64,000 nt of DNA from Octopus bimaculoides (Eukaryota): contig NC_068997.1 in the NCBI RefSeq assembly GCF_001194135.2, positions 54,826,099 through 54,890,098 of the forward strand, written 5' to 3'. The notes below the pieces were generated by a model, which saw only the letters and a list, made by a program, of their open reading frames with translations, did not search any database and was not told the DNA's origin. Within the stretch, counting starts at the first letter, position 1; the number at the start of each line of letters is the position of its first letter. Made by a program: the position numbers and the translations under genes. Shown here piece after piece: positions 1-12,000 of this stretch.

Positions 1-1299
1 GCTGATACCACCTGCCTTTTTCACATACAGAAGTTTCTATAATAACCTATTTTGCTGAAATCACTAATTTAGTATTCATTTAAAGTACAAGGTGACATGA
101 ATGTAAATCATATGTGTAGGTACATGTTAATGTGTATGTGTGTGTGTGCATGCAAAAATGCTAATACCACTAATCAGTCACATTTCTGCTGATCCACTTC
201 TGTAGAGATACATACCATGTTCATATGCAGAACCACTTGCATGTTACATATTCATGCATGCACATATAAACCTCATACTATGCTCACACATCATGTACAT
301 CTCCCCCATCCACTCGCATCTTGCACATACATGTTATCATTCTATCAATTTCTTTCCTAATTACAGCTTTGTGTTGATCCTTATTGATTGCTACACTTCC
401 AGTAATTTAGAAGCAAGGATGTGATAATGTAGCAACCTCATGCAGCCCTTAATTCAGCTAGTTGAAATTTTAATCTTCCACCATATTTTTGTTTTTACTT
501 GTTTTATTCACACTAATAAGAATCCAGGATTTTGCTGGATATTTTGATAATATGAGCAAGAGTTAAAAATTGTCATCCCTCACTTAGCTAATTTTATTTC
601 ACTTCATTAGGACATTGTGACCAGTTGCTGCTTTTTCTAGGCTGGACATATTGACCTGTTATTGTTCTTTCTAGGCAGGACATACTGAAAGCAACTCACA
701 GAACGAAAATAGCTGTTATGCCATTGAAAGATCTAAATCTATGAATTAATCAACATACAAGAATATAAATTTAACCGTGACTGTAAGTTTGAATGAAGTG
801 GCACCAGTGCATAGATGTTGCAGCACAATAATGCTGAAACAGGATTTTGAGAGAAAAAATGGTAAAGATGAAAAATTGGAGGGAGAGTGAGAAATAGAAC
901 AATTGACCTCTGGGAGATATAGTGAAGCAGTATATGAGAAATGGTTAGAAATAGAAAGACTTTGAATTCTAATATAGTAACAGAAAGATGATAATGAAGT
1001 AGAAGTGACTATATCAGTATATGTGTGTGTATACTTTTTTTTAGAGGTTACAATGATTTCACTGTGTTGTAATTGTTTTAAGCCCAATACGATCTTAGAT
1101 GAAATGATTTAACAGTGTGTGTGTCAGATATTAAAGTAACAAGATCTATAAATGGAGGCATAAAAGAGGATAGGAATCTATTTGAATCTTCATTGAAAAT
1201 TATCCAGTCAATTCAAATATCTTAAAGTCAAAGACGACAAACTGTTTAAAACATACCATATGAAGTCTGATATGAAGAAACATTATCATACATATAAGA

Positions 1300-1720
1300 A
1301 TGTACAATCTTAAAGATATGTCCATTTAAAAGAGTTTTCCAAACTTTGGTCTCAGTACCATAATTACTTTCCTTTAGAACAAAGACACAAGAAAAATTTA
1401 CTAACATTTGGAGTTTGAGAAAATTTTAAAATTATTCTTGAAACCAAGAGTTAATTGAATCTAAGTTTTATTGTGAATGAAGATGAGCATTAATCCTGAA
1501 ATCAATGATCAGTAAGTTATCTTAGAAAATTTAATCTGTGAAATATTCCCCAGTTAGAAATCTAATCAATACATGCAAGTATATTTATCATTACTGAGAT
1601 ATATTGAAATTATATTTGCTGCTATGTTTTCCTCAGAGATATTTTGCAAAGTTTACAATTTATTATTAAAACAGAACAAAATTATTTGGAAACGATGCAA
1701 AAGTCTTCAGATTTATCAAT
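1300..1720 (+). mobile_element. Possible highly decayed hAT-type transposase C-terminal fragment
   Basis: Broken frames give HLKEFSKLWSQYHNYFP and FIIKTEQNYL, loosely like the HL..L...F..YFP and IKTK.RN.L motifs. Many stops; weak. Confidence 0.25.
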
Positions 1721-1789
1721 ATTTATGAGGTATTTCAGAAAAGTTATAGTTTTTTCTTTTCTTTTTCATTTGAATTTGTGTAGATTCCT

Positions 1790-1960
1790 AAGAGATCTTA
1801 TGTGGTTAGGGTGTTCACTGTGAGATCTATAAGGTTTTAGTTTAGTCCCACAATACTGCAGTTTGACCAAATGCTTTCTGTTGTAGCTCCAGCTGATTAA
1901 TTCATTGGAAGTGGAGTCTGGTATTCAGAAATTGTTTCGAATCATATGCATGTATGTGTA
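1790..1960 (+). mobile_element. Degenerate tRNA-headed SINE (family A) fragment
   Basis: gtggttagggtgttc...gtttagtcccacaatactgcagtttgaccaaatgctttctgttgtagc resembles the head of the full copy at 56746. Confidence 0.5.
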
Positions 1961-2194
1961 AAAGAAATGAGGATGACAAAGGAGTATCTTATAAACTTCA
2001 TTAGCTTACAGTTGTTTCTGCATTAAGATGCATTGGAATCATTGAGTGCCTGAGTGACAACTTATAACTTCACAGTAGCCTCGAAAATATATATAACACT
2101 CTGTTCCATGAAGGTAAGTTTTTAAAAAAATGGTATCCCATCAATAATGTCTAATGAAGACAGTATATATCTTTATGAGCAGCTAAAACAACTC

Positions 2195-2364
2195 ATCCAA
2201 TTCTTCTTCTTCATCATCCAATTCTTCTTCTTCTTCTTCTTTTTCCTCTTCTTCTTCTTCCAATTCTTCTTCTTCTTCTTCTAATTCTTCTTCTTCTTCT
2301 TCTTCTCCTCCTCTTCCTCCACTTCTTCTTCCAATTCTTCTTCCAATTCTTCTTCTTCTTCTTC

Positions 2365-2395
<31 letters not shown>
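2195..2395. repeat. Compound microsatellite: (CTT)n interrupted by CCAATT, then (TTA)n
   Basis: Directly visible. It is the source of the spurious poly-N/K/R ORF 2214-2486. Confidence 0.95.
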
Positions 2396-2396
<1 letters not shown>

Positions 2397-3234
2397 AATG
2401 AATGGATTACATTTAAATTGAGTGGTCACAAAACATTGATTTACAAACTGTCTCTTAGCTAAATCAATATGTGATATGAAAAACAAAAAGAAGAAAGTTA
2501 AATTTCCATATTATTAGTGCTTCATAAGCTATATTCTTACAAATACCTATCAATTTTCCAGCCATTCCGCCCTACAAATGTGTAGAATTCTTCAATTGAT
2601 TTTATGCTGTGAGCTTAGTGTTTCAAGTATTACAAAAGATTCTGAAACTGGCAATTATGAAGCGACAAAATGGTTGATTTTTCTGCCAGCTATATTTCAC
2701 ATTGAAAACCAATCATCCAGAAAAGGAATGTACTAGAAGAAGGAGAAAAAGGCATGATGCATCACTTTATTACTTCTAACATACTTAAAATATGCTGTTA
2801 CCACTTTACTGATGTTCTTCTTTCTCAACAGTTCCCAGGGATAACACCAATCCTATCAAATTCATGTCATTTCAAATAACTTTTCTGATAATCTTTATAT
2901 TTTTTTTTTTTGTATTTGTTTCTCAGAATAAAAATAAAAAAATAGAATCTATATTTCAAAGAAGCTTCTGCACCAGAGAAAAATTCTTTAACAATGGTAG
3001 TGGGAAAAAAAAAATGAACAAATATAAAACTTAGCTATTTTGTATCAATTAGATGGATCAAGTGTTTGACAAAATGATTACACACTCATATATACCCCTT
3101 TATGAGTGTGTGTGTGCTTGTGTGTGTATACCATCATACACATACACACACATACACAATGTATAAATAAATGCATGTATTGTATGTGTGTGTGTATTAT
3201 TATCAACATTGCAGTGTTAACATCTACTTTTACA

Positions 3235-3585
3235 TGCTTGCGTGGGTCAAACGGAGCTTCTATCAGTTTCCATTTATGAGATACACTCACAAATATTTAT
3301 CTGGCTCAAACCACTGGTAGAAGACACCTGAGGTGCCACACTATAGGACTAAACTTGAAACTATGAGGTTGAGAAACTAACTTCTTACCTACAACAACCA
3401 TACTTGCATGTATGAGCATGTATGTGGTCTTCCATGCAGTCTCCATGAATTAAATTTGACTCTCAAAGCATTGGTCAACTTGGAAGTTATAGCAGAAATT
3501 AGAAACCCATGGTAACATGCAGTGAGGCCAAATCCAAAGCTATGTGGTTGTGAAGTGAATATCTTAATCTGGCTATGCTTGCACC
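3235..3585 (-). mobile_element. Two tandem degenerate family A SINE heads
   Basis: Both 3235-3410 and 3420-3585 match the reverse complement of the 56746 head (cagtttcc...agaagacac...ggtgccacac...aaactatgtggttg). Confidence 0.65.
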
Positions 3586-3637
3586 ATTATATCTTTGCTG
3601 CTCATATAACAATGGATGAGAAGGAATCTATTTGCAA

Positions 3638-3753
3638 TTAACCTTTAGCACACTGCATTTTCTCTCGAAATGTTTTCCCTGCCACTGCCCTGTGACTAAA
3701 GGGGAGAAAACTCGTACAGTGACATGATGCACTTACAGTGTACTAAAGGTTAA
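3638..3753. mobile_element. 116-bp mini-MITE with TTAA ends (piggyBac-like non-autonomous element)
   Basis: TTAA-CCTTTAGCACACTG...CAGTGTACTAAAGG-TTAA: 14-bp terminal inverted repeats with 1 mismatch, inside TTAA at both ends. Confidence 0.7.
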
Positions 3754-4299
3754 TTACCCTATCACCACCGCTATTACCATCCTCATCATGCCACCTCATT
3801 TCACACCTCTAGGCCTGTGTATAAGAGGTTACATCAGATTACTTGTACCCGGTGCACTCTGCCTTCATCCTTTCTATATTGCCAGTCATCACTCTCTCTC
3901 CTCTGAACCACATTTGTTATCCATCACTTACTCTTTCCTTTATCCTTCTTTGTTATTACTCATTATGCTCTAACATTCAATTCATCCTGGTCACTCTGCA
4001 CTGTCTCACTCTTCCTCCCTCTACCTCCCTAAACCAATAGGATCAGTAAAGTGTTTGACTGATTTAAGTGCTGAAGTTAATTAGATCACCTAAGATATTG
4101 AAGGTAATGCTCTAGTATATTTATATATGTACATGCATGCTTGCATGTGTGTGTGTGTGTGTGTATTTTTATGTCCATTTTTATAATGCTAGCATGAGTT
4201 AGATGAATGTTTTATTGAAGCATTATTTTACGGCTGGATACCTTTTCTAGCTCTTAACTGCTTTTCAAGTAGGGGGGGGGGGTCTCTTTTTCTATGCAG

Positions 4300-4630
4300 C
4301 TTCAAAGACATGAAGCGAGTGAATGAGTTGTTGATCCGAGAACTGACAACAACATTGCTGTTTGTTGAGTGCAACTTTTGTCAAAGTGAGTGCAAATGTA
4401 AGCAAACACACTGACACACAAACACAGATACTTTGTGTGTGTGTGTGAGTGAGTATATGTTTATACTTACACACAACCACACATATCCACGGGCTCCTTT
4501 CAGTTTCTGTCTACCAAATCTACTTAGAAGGCTTGAAACACTTGCCTTGCCCAAAGTGCCCTGTGCTGAGACTGAACCTGGAACTATGTGGTTGGGAAAC
4601 AAGTTCATTAACCACACAGCCCTGCCTATA
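4300..4630 (-). mobile_element. Family A tRNA-headed SINE copy
   Basis: gggctcctttcagtttctgtctaccaaatc...ttgcccaaagtgccctgtgctgagactgaacctggaactatgtggttgggaaac...accacacagcc is the reverse complement of the 56746 element. Confidence 0.8.
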
Positions 4631-4989
4631 CATACTTACAAGCATATATTCACATTAACTCTTTGACTGTCTTCATTTATTAAGGATGTGGACACACTGG
4701 GGCATCATCTTCAGGGCTATTACTTTACTTACATTTGAAATGTGGCACACACGTTCTATTAAACACAAAACACTTTACTTATGTTAAGCCGAGTCTTTGG
4801 AGGGAACATATTTTCTATATATGTATGTGTTGGAAAATGAAAGCTTTCACCAACTGGCAGGGCATAGTACTGTTTCTCATAGCTAGGAATTAATTCTCCA
4901 ATAGGTTACTCATTAGAATTGTTGTGCATTTACTAAATTATGCACAACATCCTTGTTACAATCAGATATTTGTTGTTAGATGAATAATT

Positions 4990-5810
4990 CAAGTGCATCG
5001 GCACCAGTTTAAGCTCTTGATATTATTAACTATTGGGGATTTAAAAAGATCATTTCACAGTATTGATCTCCAGGGAATGTTATCAATTGCACTTGTTGCC
5101 AGAATTCCATCCAGTTATCTAAAGATACTTAGAACCTTAAAACACATCCGTTTGCATGTGAGTCAGACCATTGTCACTTCGATTCTTATTTCTGTTGTCT
5201 GCAGGTGTTATGTAAGGAAATGCTATTGCACCAGTATTATCGAGAATAGTATTGTGTAATGAAGAAAGTCATTCGGAAAGAGGTTGGTCTGAGATAGACT
5301 AGTTATAAGGCTAGTATAATGTTAATGACATTGTTCTTCCTAGTAAACAAATTTGCTTTATCTGAGAAGAAATTTCAACTACTTTGATGTCTATACACCT
5401 TCCCTCACAAATAAAGTTTATGGTTTCATGTCCAGGCTAAAACATGTAGGTGGTTCCTTCTACACTGACATTGATATTGGTGGAATATTAGATGGAGGTG
5501 TTCTTTGGAGAAAATATTGAGTTGTGTTTAAAGAAATTATATCTGATGTGAGTAAAAGTAGAGATGGTAAGAAAGGAGAACCAAGAAAGGAGAACCAAGA
5601 ATGCAGCTGGACTTGGATGAAAGTCACAGATTTTTGTTTGGGAAACAAAGGAATTTTTCTGTCTTCAAGGCCATCTACAGATTTTAAGTTTGAACAACAT
5701 AGCTCCACTGTCCAAACACCTTTAAAGCCATGCTGTGTTTGAAGTATTTTTTAAATCACATGAAAAGATTATTGAATGAACATCAGTGTTGTGAATGAAG
5801 ACAAAAGGAA
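4990..5810 (+). mobile_element. Decayed RTE-type LINE reverse transcriptase and thumb fragment
   Basis: RT motifs appear in order across frameshifts: GDLKRSFHSID (DFxKAFDSI), GVM*GNAIAPVL (GVxQGxxLAPxLF, 5204-5233), YNVNDIVL (YADDIVL, about 5315) and CV*SIF*IT*KDY*MNISV (CLRxILxIxWxDxxxN). Confidence 0.6.
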
Positions 5811-5999
5811 CAGCATTGAAGTAATTAACACGACAACACCCTGTCCCTACTCTAGTGTTCTTGGTTGATGAAGTGTAAGGAATTAATTCTTACTTCATTT
5901 CTCTTTCTCTCATACTTAGAGTGTAGACGATAACCTGCTTGCTTCTGAATTGTCATGCAGAAGAATTTTGGATGTTGAGTCATCACGAAGACGATGACA

Positions 6000-6258
6000 A
6001 GTGACTGTGTCTGTTGGCAGTTTGCTGTGCTTGAGCAGACATACCAAGCTTAGTGAAATCATACTTGTGGCCAGTGCTGGTCACACATAAAAGGCACTCA
6101 TTACACTTTATGAAGTGGTTGGCATTAGGAAGGACATCCAGCTGTAGAAACCAAGCCAAAGCAGACTGGAGCCTAGTGCAGCTGTCCAGTTTACCAGTTC
6201 CAGTCAAACCATCTAACTCATGCCAGCATGGAAAACGGATGCTAAATGATGATGATGT
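6000..6258 (+). mobile_element. RTE LINE 3'UTR-derived copy with (GAT)n tail
   Basis: Shared core ggcattaggaagg.catccagctgtagaaacc...cagactggagcct...ccatgccagcatggaaaacgga.g.taaatgatgatgat. The same UTR follows the RTE ORF at about 60040-60210. Confidence 0.85.
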
Positions 6259-7389
6259 GATAGAGAAGAAAATATAACATATTTAATATACTCGTATTTA
6301 ATTCCGGTACATAATATCACTTCCAACATTCACTCTCTCACGCATACACACCATGTTGCACTTGCATTCTTGGTTTTTATTTTGAATGAGAAGGAAAATA
6401 TTTGTGAGATTAATGATCTTTGGCTTGGTCAGATCTATGGTTATCCTGATTGGCTCAAAGTAAGAATAAATGAATCACTAATCTAATAATGTCCTCCAGT
6501 AAAGACATCATCAATTCATTATAATTTAAAATCGCATTTAATTATAACTGAGCGTATTCATTAAAATTAGAGAAGAATTCTTCATTCTCTCTACATTACC
6601 ATGAAGCAATTATTCTAATTTTCTGTGTCATATAAATATTTCAGTATGTTTGAACCCCTTATAAGGAGATTTCATAAAGTAGTGACATTAGTATAAAAAA
6701 ATGGAAAAAAACATTTATAGTGTATCAAATAATACAGAGAGAGAAAAAAAATATGGGAACAAAATATCGGAAATTATTTTACATTCAACAATGAAAAATC
6801 AAAGCAGATGTAACAAATTTGATCAAAGACAAAAAGTCTTTGATCAAGCCCAGTTCCGGACTCATTGTGGCACCATTAAAGTCTACCGTTATTATGTCTT
6901 TTTGAAATAAAAGCCTGCTGGTCAAAGGAAACTAACTTATTCCATGAAGATAAACCCATAAAGTACATCATAGTTAAAATGATTTAGAAAATCCAAAGAA
7001 AATTACACACACACACACACACACACACACTTTGTTGATTAGTCTCAGAACAGCACTTATCAAGTAGGGTTATGATCAAAGAGTTTTCAACAATGACTAG
7101 GTCATCTTTTCCTTTTGTTCTGACACAGTATAGCTAAGACTACACTGTCCAACATGACCTTACTTTTTAAAACAGTTGAATGTGATTTTAGTAGGATTTG
7201 GTTGCTATTTCTAGAGAGGTCCTCATTAGCTCAGCTCCATGTAATGTAATTATGTTTGCTAGTGCATACGATTATTTACCATGTGTTAAATTCCATAGTC
7301 AGTCTCTAATTAATGGAAGACCATAGAGGCTGACTAGCATCTCAATCTACCTTTCATTGTAATTCTGAATATATGTCAAAGAGATTGAA

Positions 7390-7780
7390 AGTTTTCGCCT
7401 AATTAGACCTTAAACTATCTTTTTGTGATAACAAACATTATTAAGCTGCTTTCACCTCTTTCCCTTTTCTTTTTGTTCACATTCTGTCCACTTTGTTTTT
7501 CTTTACACAATTCTCATATTTCATTTACACACCCAAACCACTCTCTCTTGCACCTCTATCTCATCTCTCTTACGTCCAGTTTTTCTTGCAGCTCTTTTGC
7601 GTTCCATCATTTTATGCACACTAACATTTGATATACCAAAAACCTTCCACATTTCAGTTCTTTTCAACCTCCACACTTTCTCCTCTACATTCAATCTCTC
7701 TTTCTCTCTTGCTAATATTCAATATTGCACTGCATACAGCTGTATCTCATAAGCTGCTCTTCCCTTGGAGAGTAAATCCC
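7390..7780 (-). mobile_element. Decayed RTE LINE ORF C-terminal fragment
   Basis: The minus strand gives pieces such as SNVSVH, LQEKLDVR, EWFG and NCVKK, matching the better-preserved copy at 59760-59990 (WMCNISVH...LREKLGIRGIRCGVQER...WYGHV...SCVKNC). Confidence 0.6.
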
Positions 7781-8929
7781 TTTTGTGTGAATGTGTATGC
7801 ACTTATATACATTCACACATGCAGTACATATATTGGTATTACAACAATGTACGCAGTCTATTCTATTTTCCAACTAACCTATATTGATTGAAGTAAACAA
7901 GACAAAAACTGCAGAATATTTAAATTATTATTTGGTCTGTTAAATTGATTGATTTTTATTTTACTGGAGTAAAATATAATCCACCAATTGAACTTCCTCA
8001 GCTACATATGGCTCTTCAATCAAAACAAAACTGCCTGTAGAGGAAATTCTCCAAATTTGGCAGAAAAAAAACAAACTAATATATATAAATATAAGTATCT
8101 CGTATTGATTTTTACACATCTTCATCACTATTTTGGTTCTATAAAATTAATTTTTGTGAAAATTTTAAAGCTACATATTCTTAAAATAACTTTTCTATAT
8201 TACTTCACATCGATATTAGTACATCAGCTGAATCTTCATCTATATTATCAACATTTTTTAATAATGCTAACAATTTTGTTTCGTTACTGTGTTAATATAA
8301 TTAAAATAGTGTATCCAATATTAAACTTATATTTGTCAATGTCATCATATATTAATTAGATTGTAATAAATAGAAATAAAGTATTGTCATCAGTTTTGTC
8401 TGGAAGTATTCAAGGCAATGGGGTAGGTGTGATTTCAAGAAAATCTCTTACAGGGTCAGGGATGAGCAGCCAAAGATATTACCAGAGACTATGTTAAGTA
8501 AAATTAGAGTTTGTGGTTTTACTGGATATAATTAAAGACAAGGACAATCTAACATCACCAAGTATTCAGTAGATGATGACAATGATGATGATTATAATTG
8601 TGGTGGCTCTGACGGTGATGTTGATGATGTTGAAAACGTGGTTTGTGTTAATGCATGCTAAGTGTTGACAAGGGAAATAAATCTTGGGATAAAATAAAAC
8701 AGAAAATTATTTAGTTCATAGCTGAGATATGGGAATTAAGGTTGTAAGGAAGTGGGGTAACATAAGCTTACGTAGAGATGGCAGAGATCAAGTTAAATTA
8801 AGGGTAAAAGCACAGTGTCAATGGTGATAAAAATTAGAAGATGGAGGATGAAAAGAAGATGAAAGTTAGGCTAGATTTTTGGAAGAAGTATGAATTTATG
8901 AAGTGGATAGTTAGAGGGCTGATACCAGT

Positions 8930-9150
8930 CCACCAGACTCTGTCCCAGATTCTGTGAAACAAACTTCGTTTTTTTTTAAAGTGATCTAAGTTGAAACTCA
9001 CCATCGAAATGCCATTTTAATTTATGTTCCAAATCCCAACTTAATATTAACAATTATATTTTATCAACTCTTCATTATTTGCAAAATGAATTGCAGCGGA
9101 GGCAGTGTATTTCACCAGAAATATGGTAACGAAATGGCGAATATACCAAT
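8930..9150 (+). mobile_element. AT-rich interspersed MITE-like repeat (related to 56385-56575)
   Basis: ttaaagtgatctaag...ttttaatttatgttccaaa...ggcagtgtatttcaccagaaatatggtaacgaa resembles the reverse complement of 56385-56575 (ttaattcttttgttaccgtatt...). Confidence 0.5.
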
Positions 9151-10096
9151 GACTGGTGTTGAGGATGTTGGCCCTATAGTGAAAGCTTTCACTAGAGACA
9201 GTAATTAGAGCTTGTTTGTTCAGTAGTAATTATGGTTAATCAGAAGTTAACTGGAAAATTTGTTTCTTAGAAATTGCCAGCTTTTGCAATTTGTATTTTA
9301 AACATTGTGAAACTGCTGGAAACCTATTACATGAAATTTTGCAATTATTAATTAAAGATGTTAAAGTGGTTGAAAATGTTCGAAGCCAGATAAAATAGCT
9401 TCTGCTAGTTAACCATTTTATGTTCTGAATTTATACCCTACGGGAGTTATTGAACCTTTCTTCTTTATTTGATTGATACAGGAGTAAAGGATACCACCAC
9501 AGCCATTCTCTTTGATTATTTTACTTGTTTTACCTCATATCAGAACATCTAAGGCTTCTGTCAGTCTCGGTTGGTCATTTTCTCTTCTTTATGTTGTTGT
9601 TGTTGGATCTAGATGGAGATAAAATACCTACAACCTCTGCAGATCCACCCAGGCCACTGCAAGTGATACCATTAATATTTCTCTTGAACATTTGTATGTC
9701 AACATCTGCACTTAAGATAGAAAGAGGAAGGGAATTCTAGGGGATTGGTGCTGGTGTTGTGAGAGGGAAGGACTGGGTGTGGCAATTAGTGCTGGCTCTG
9801 GATAAGGTCTTTTTTAATCAATCCTTCACAACCGATTGATATTTTATCAACCATAGATTGGTGAAAGTTAAAGATGACCTCAGATGAGATTTGAAACGGA
9901 GCATATACTGCCAAGCCTTCTACTCAAGACTCTGATGATTCTTCCAATCCATCATCATCATCATTTAACATCTTCCCATGCTGGCATGGGTTGAACGGTT
10001 TGACAGGAGTTGGTGAGTCAGAAGGCTAATCCACAGATTTATATTAGAATATGGTGTGTGTGTCTGTATATACACATATATATAAACACACACATG

Positions 10097-10380
10097 CATC
10101 ATCATCATTTACTGCCTGTTTTTCATACTGGCATGGGTTAGACGGTTTGACAGGAGCTGGCCAGTCAAGGAACTACCAGGCTCCAATTGTCTGTTGTGGC
10201 ATGGTTTCTGTGGCTGGATGCCCTCCCTAACACCAACCACTTTACAGAGTGTGCTAGGTGCTTTTTACATGCCACTGGCATGGATCCATTTACACAGCAC
10301 CAGCCCATTTTATGTGGCAATGGCACCTGTAAAGGACAAGCCTGTATATGTAGGGGACAGTGATTTCACTTAGTCTTTTA
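10097..10380 (-). mobile_element. RTE 3'UTR-derived copy (with a short tail fragment at about 9950-10025)
   Basis: catcatcatcattt...ggcatgggttagacggtttgacaggagctgg...gctggatgccctccctaacaccaaccactttacagagtgtg. Confidence 0.85.
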
Positions 10381-11111
10381 TATATACGATAATGACAGCA
10401 ACTAACTTTACATGCAAATTATCAGTACTTATTACATGATGGTTTACATAGAAATACCTTGAGTAAAGATATCTCTGATAGTTTACGACGAATTGTTGCT
10501 AAGGACAACAAAAGATTTATGTCATAAATTGATATAAATATTTGACATAGATGTATTAGTAAAGTAGTGATTTATCTACTTCCATTCTTGGATTCATAAT
10601 TAAAGACACATTTTCAGAAATACAATATTCAAGAAAATATTCAAAACTAGAAGTGCAGATATTAATGGAGTTTAATAATTCACAGCAATATGACTTACAG
10701 AATCTATAAATTGCTTTTAAAGAAGAATTACTAATATAATAATCGAATACATCATTCAAAAGATATGTCTTAAAACTGAGCATTAAAACAGAAATTTGTA
10801 CCAGTCGAACTAAACTGAAGCCTTACTTTGAATACAAATTTGTTTAATATTTATTCTTAATATGACAATTTCATGAATTAGAATCATGTTCCTTATAATT
10901 TATGATAATTAATTCCAAAGCAAAGTTCTTCAAGAAAAATGAGTGTGTGTTTATATGTGTGTTTGTGTGTGTGTGTACATGCATGCTTGTGTATGTATAT
11001 GTATATATTCAGACAATACAAAACTACGAACCCTTTTCTTGTAAATGTTTAATGAACATGTACTATTGAGTAATCCGTCAGTTTCAAATAAAAACAAGTA
11101 ATGCCTGTCTG

Positions 11112-11148
<37 letters not shown>

Positions 11149-11819
11149 TTATTTCTCTATCAATCTATCATCAGTCAAAAGCCAACCTTATTTGATTGAA
11201 AGTGTCAACCAATCAATGTGATAGTTGATGGATTTCTCAATATTTGATGAGAAATGTCTTATCTCAAAATACTACTTTCACTGTTTAGAAAAACAAAAAG
11301 AACTTGTGTATAGATGCTTAGATTAAACATGATAAAAGTAAATATACACTGATGAGAATGGATATTATTACAAAATATAATCAGAAAATATCCTATAAAG
11401 CTACAGAAGGGAATTCTTTTTTATGATTCAGACTTGTAGTTCAAAAAGAAAAACAAAAAAAAACAAAGATTATGGAAAGGAAATGGTAAAAAATGTTATG
11501 TAAAACTAGATGAGGATTAATATTTTTCCTTAGTTTTTGTTGTAATTATTAGTTGAAAGAAATCAAAGATTTGTTGATATATGCAGCAGTTATATACTGA
11601 GAATGGACTTTTTTAATCTTGAAAACTTCAAAGAAAGTAATGATAATTGCGATTTATATATCTTCATATTTTATTTCAGGAATAAAGATTATCTTCTTAA
11701 TGGTAAACAGTATCTTTGAAGCAGTGCTATATTACATGTATATTAATATTTTTATGCTTCTCTCCCACACTGAATAGTCATTTTAGATTATCATTATTAT
11801 TAATATTATTGTTATTGAG

Positions 11820-12000
11820 TGAGAGAGCAGTGCATGCCATCAAAGTGACACTGGAGTACAAATATATGAAGCCCAATATACCTATCATGACTACCCATCT
11901 GATAAGGGTACACCAGGAAAGTATGTGTAACATGGTGATCTCATGTCACGGTGGGGCCTAATTAGAATTTTCTTCAGGCTGAGTAGCCCGTCCTGCTCAA
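11820..12000 (+). repeat. Fragment of interspersed repeat family C (longer copy at 41752-42295, minus)
   Basis: gagagagcagtgcatgccatcaaagtgacact...cctatcatgactacccatctgataagggtacac...aattagaattttcttcagg matches the reverse complement of 42100-42295. Confidence 0.75.

Noticed and set aside
590-690. Minus-strand acceptor tttcag followed by ...RKSSNWSQCP, a candidate next THSD7 exon
   Set aside because: It lacks the expected YxW..EWxxC...CGGG pattern, has no good donor before the stop, and overlaps a local ~40-bp imperfect duplication.
2214-2486. Poly-N/K/R ORF, and the many YIYI/CVCV/HTHT ORFs elsewhere
   Set aside because: These are translations of microsatellites.
5455-5520. YTDIDIGGILDGGVLW, resembling a Harbinger transposase DxG...DGG motif
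   Set aside because: It lies collinearly inside the RTE RT remnant, and no other Harbinger motifs are present.
6819-6847. Perfect 12-bp hairpin ttgatcaaagac-aaaaa-gtctttgatcaa
   Set aside because: Too short to be informative in AT-rich DNA; no supporting context.
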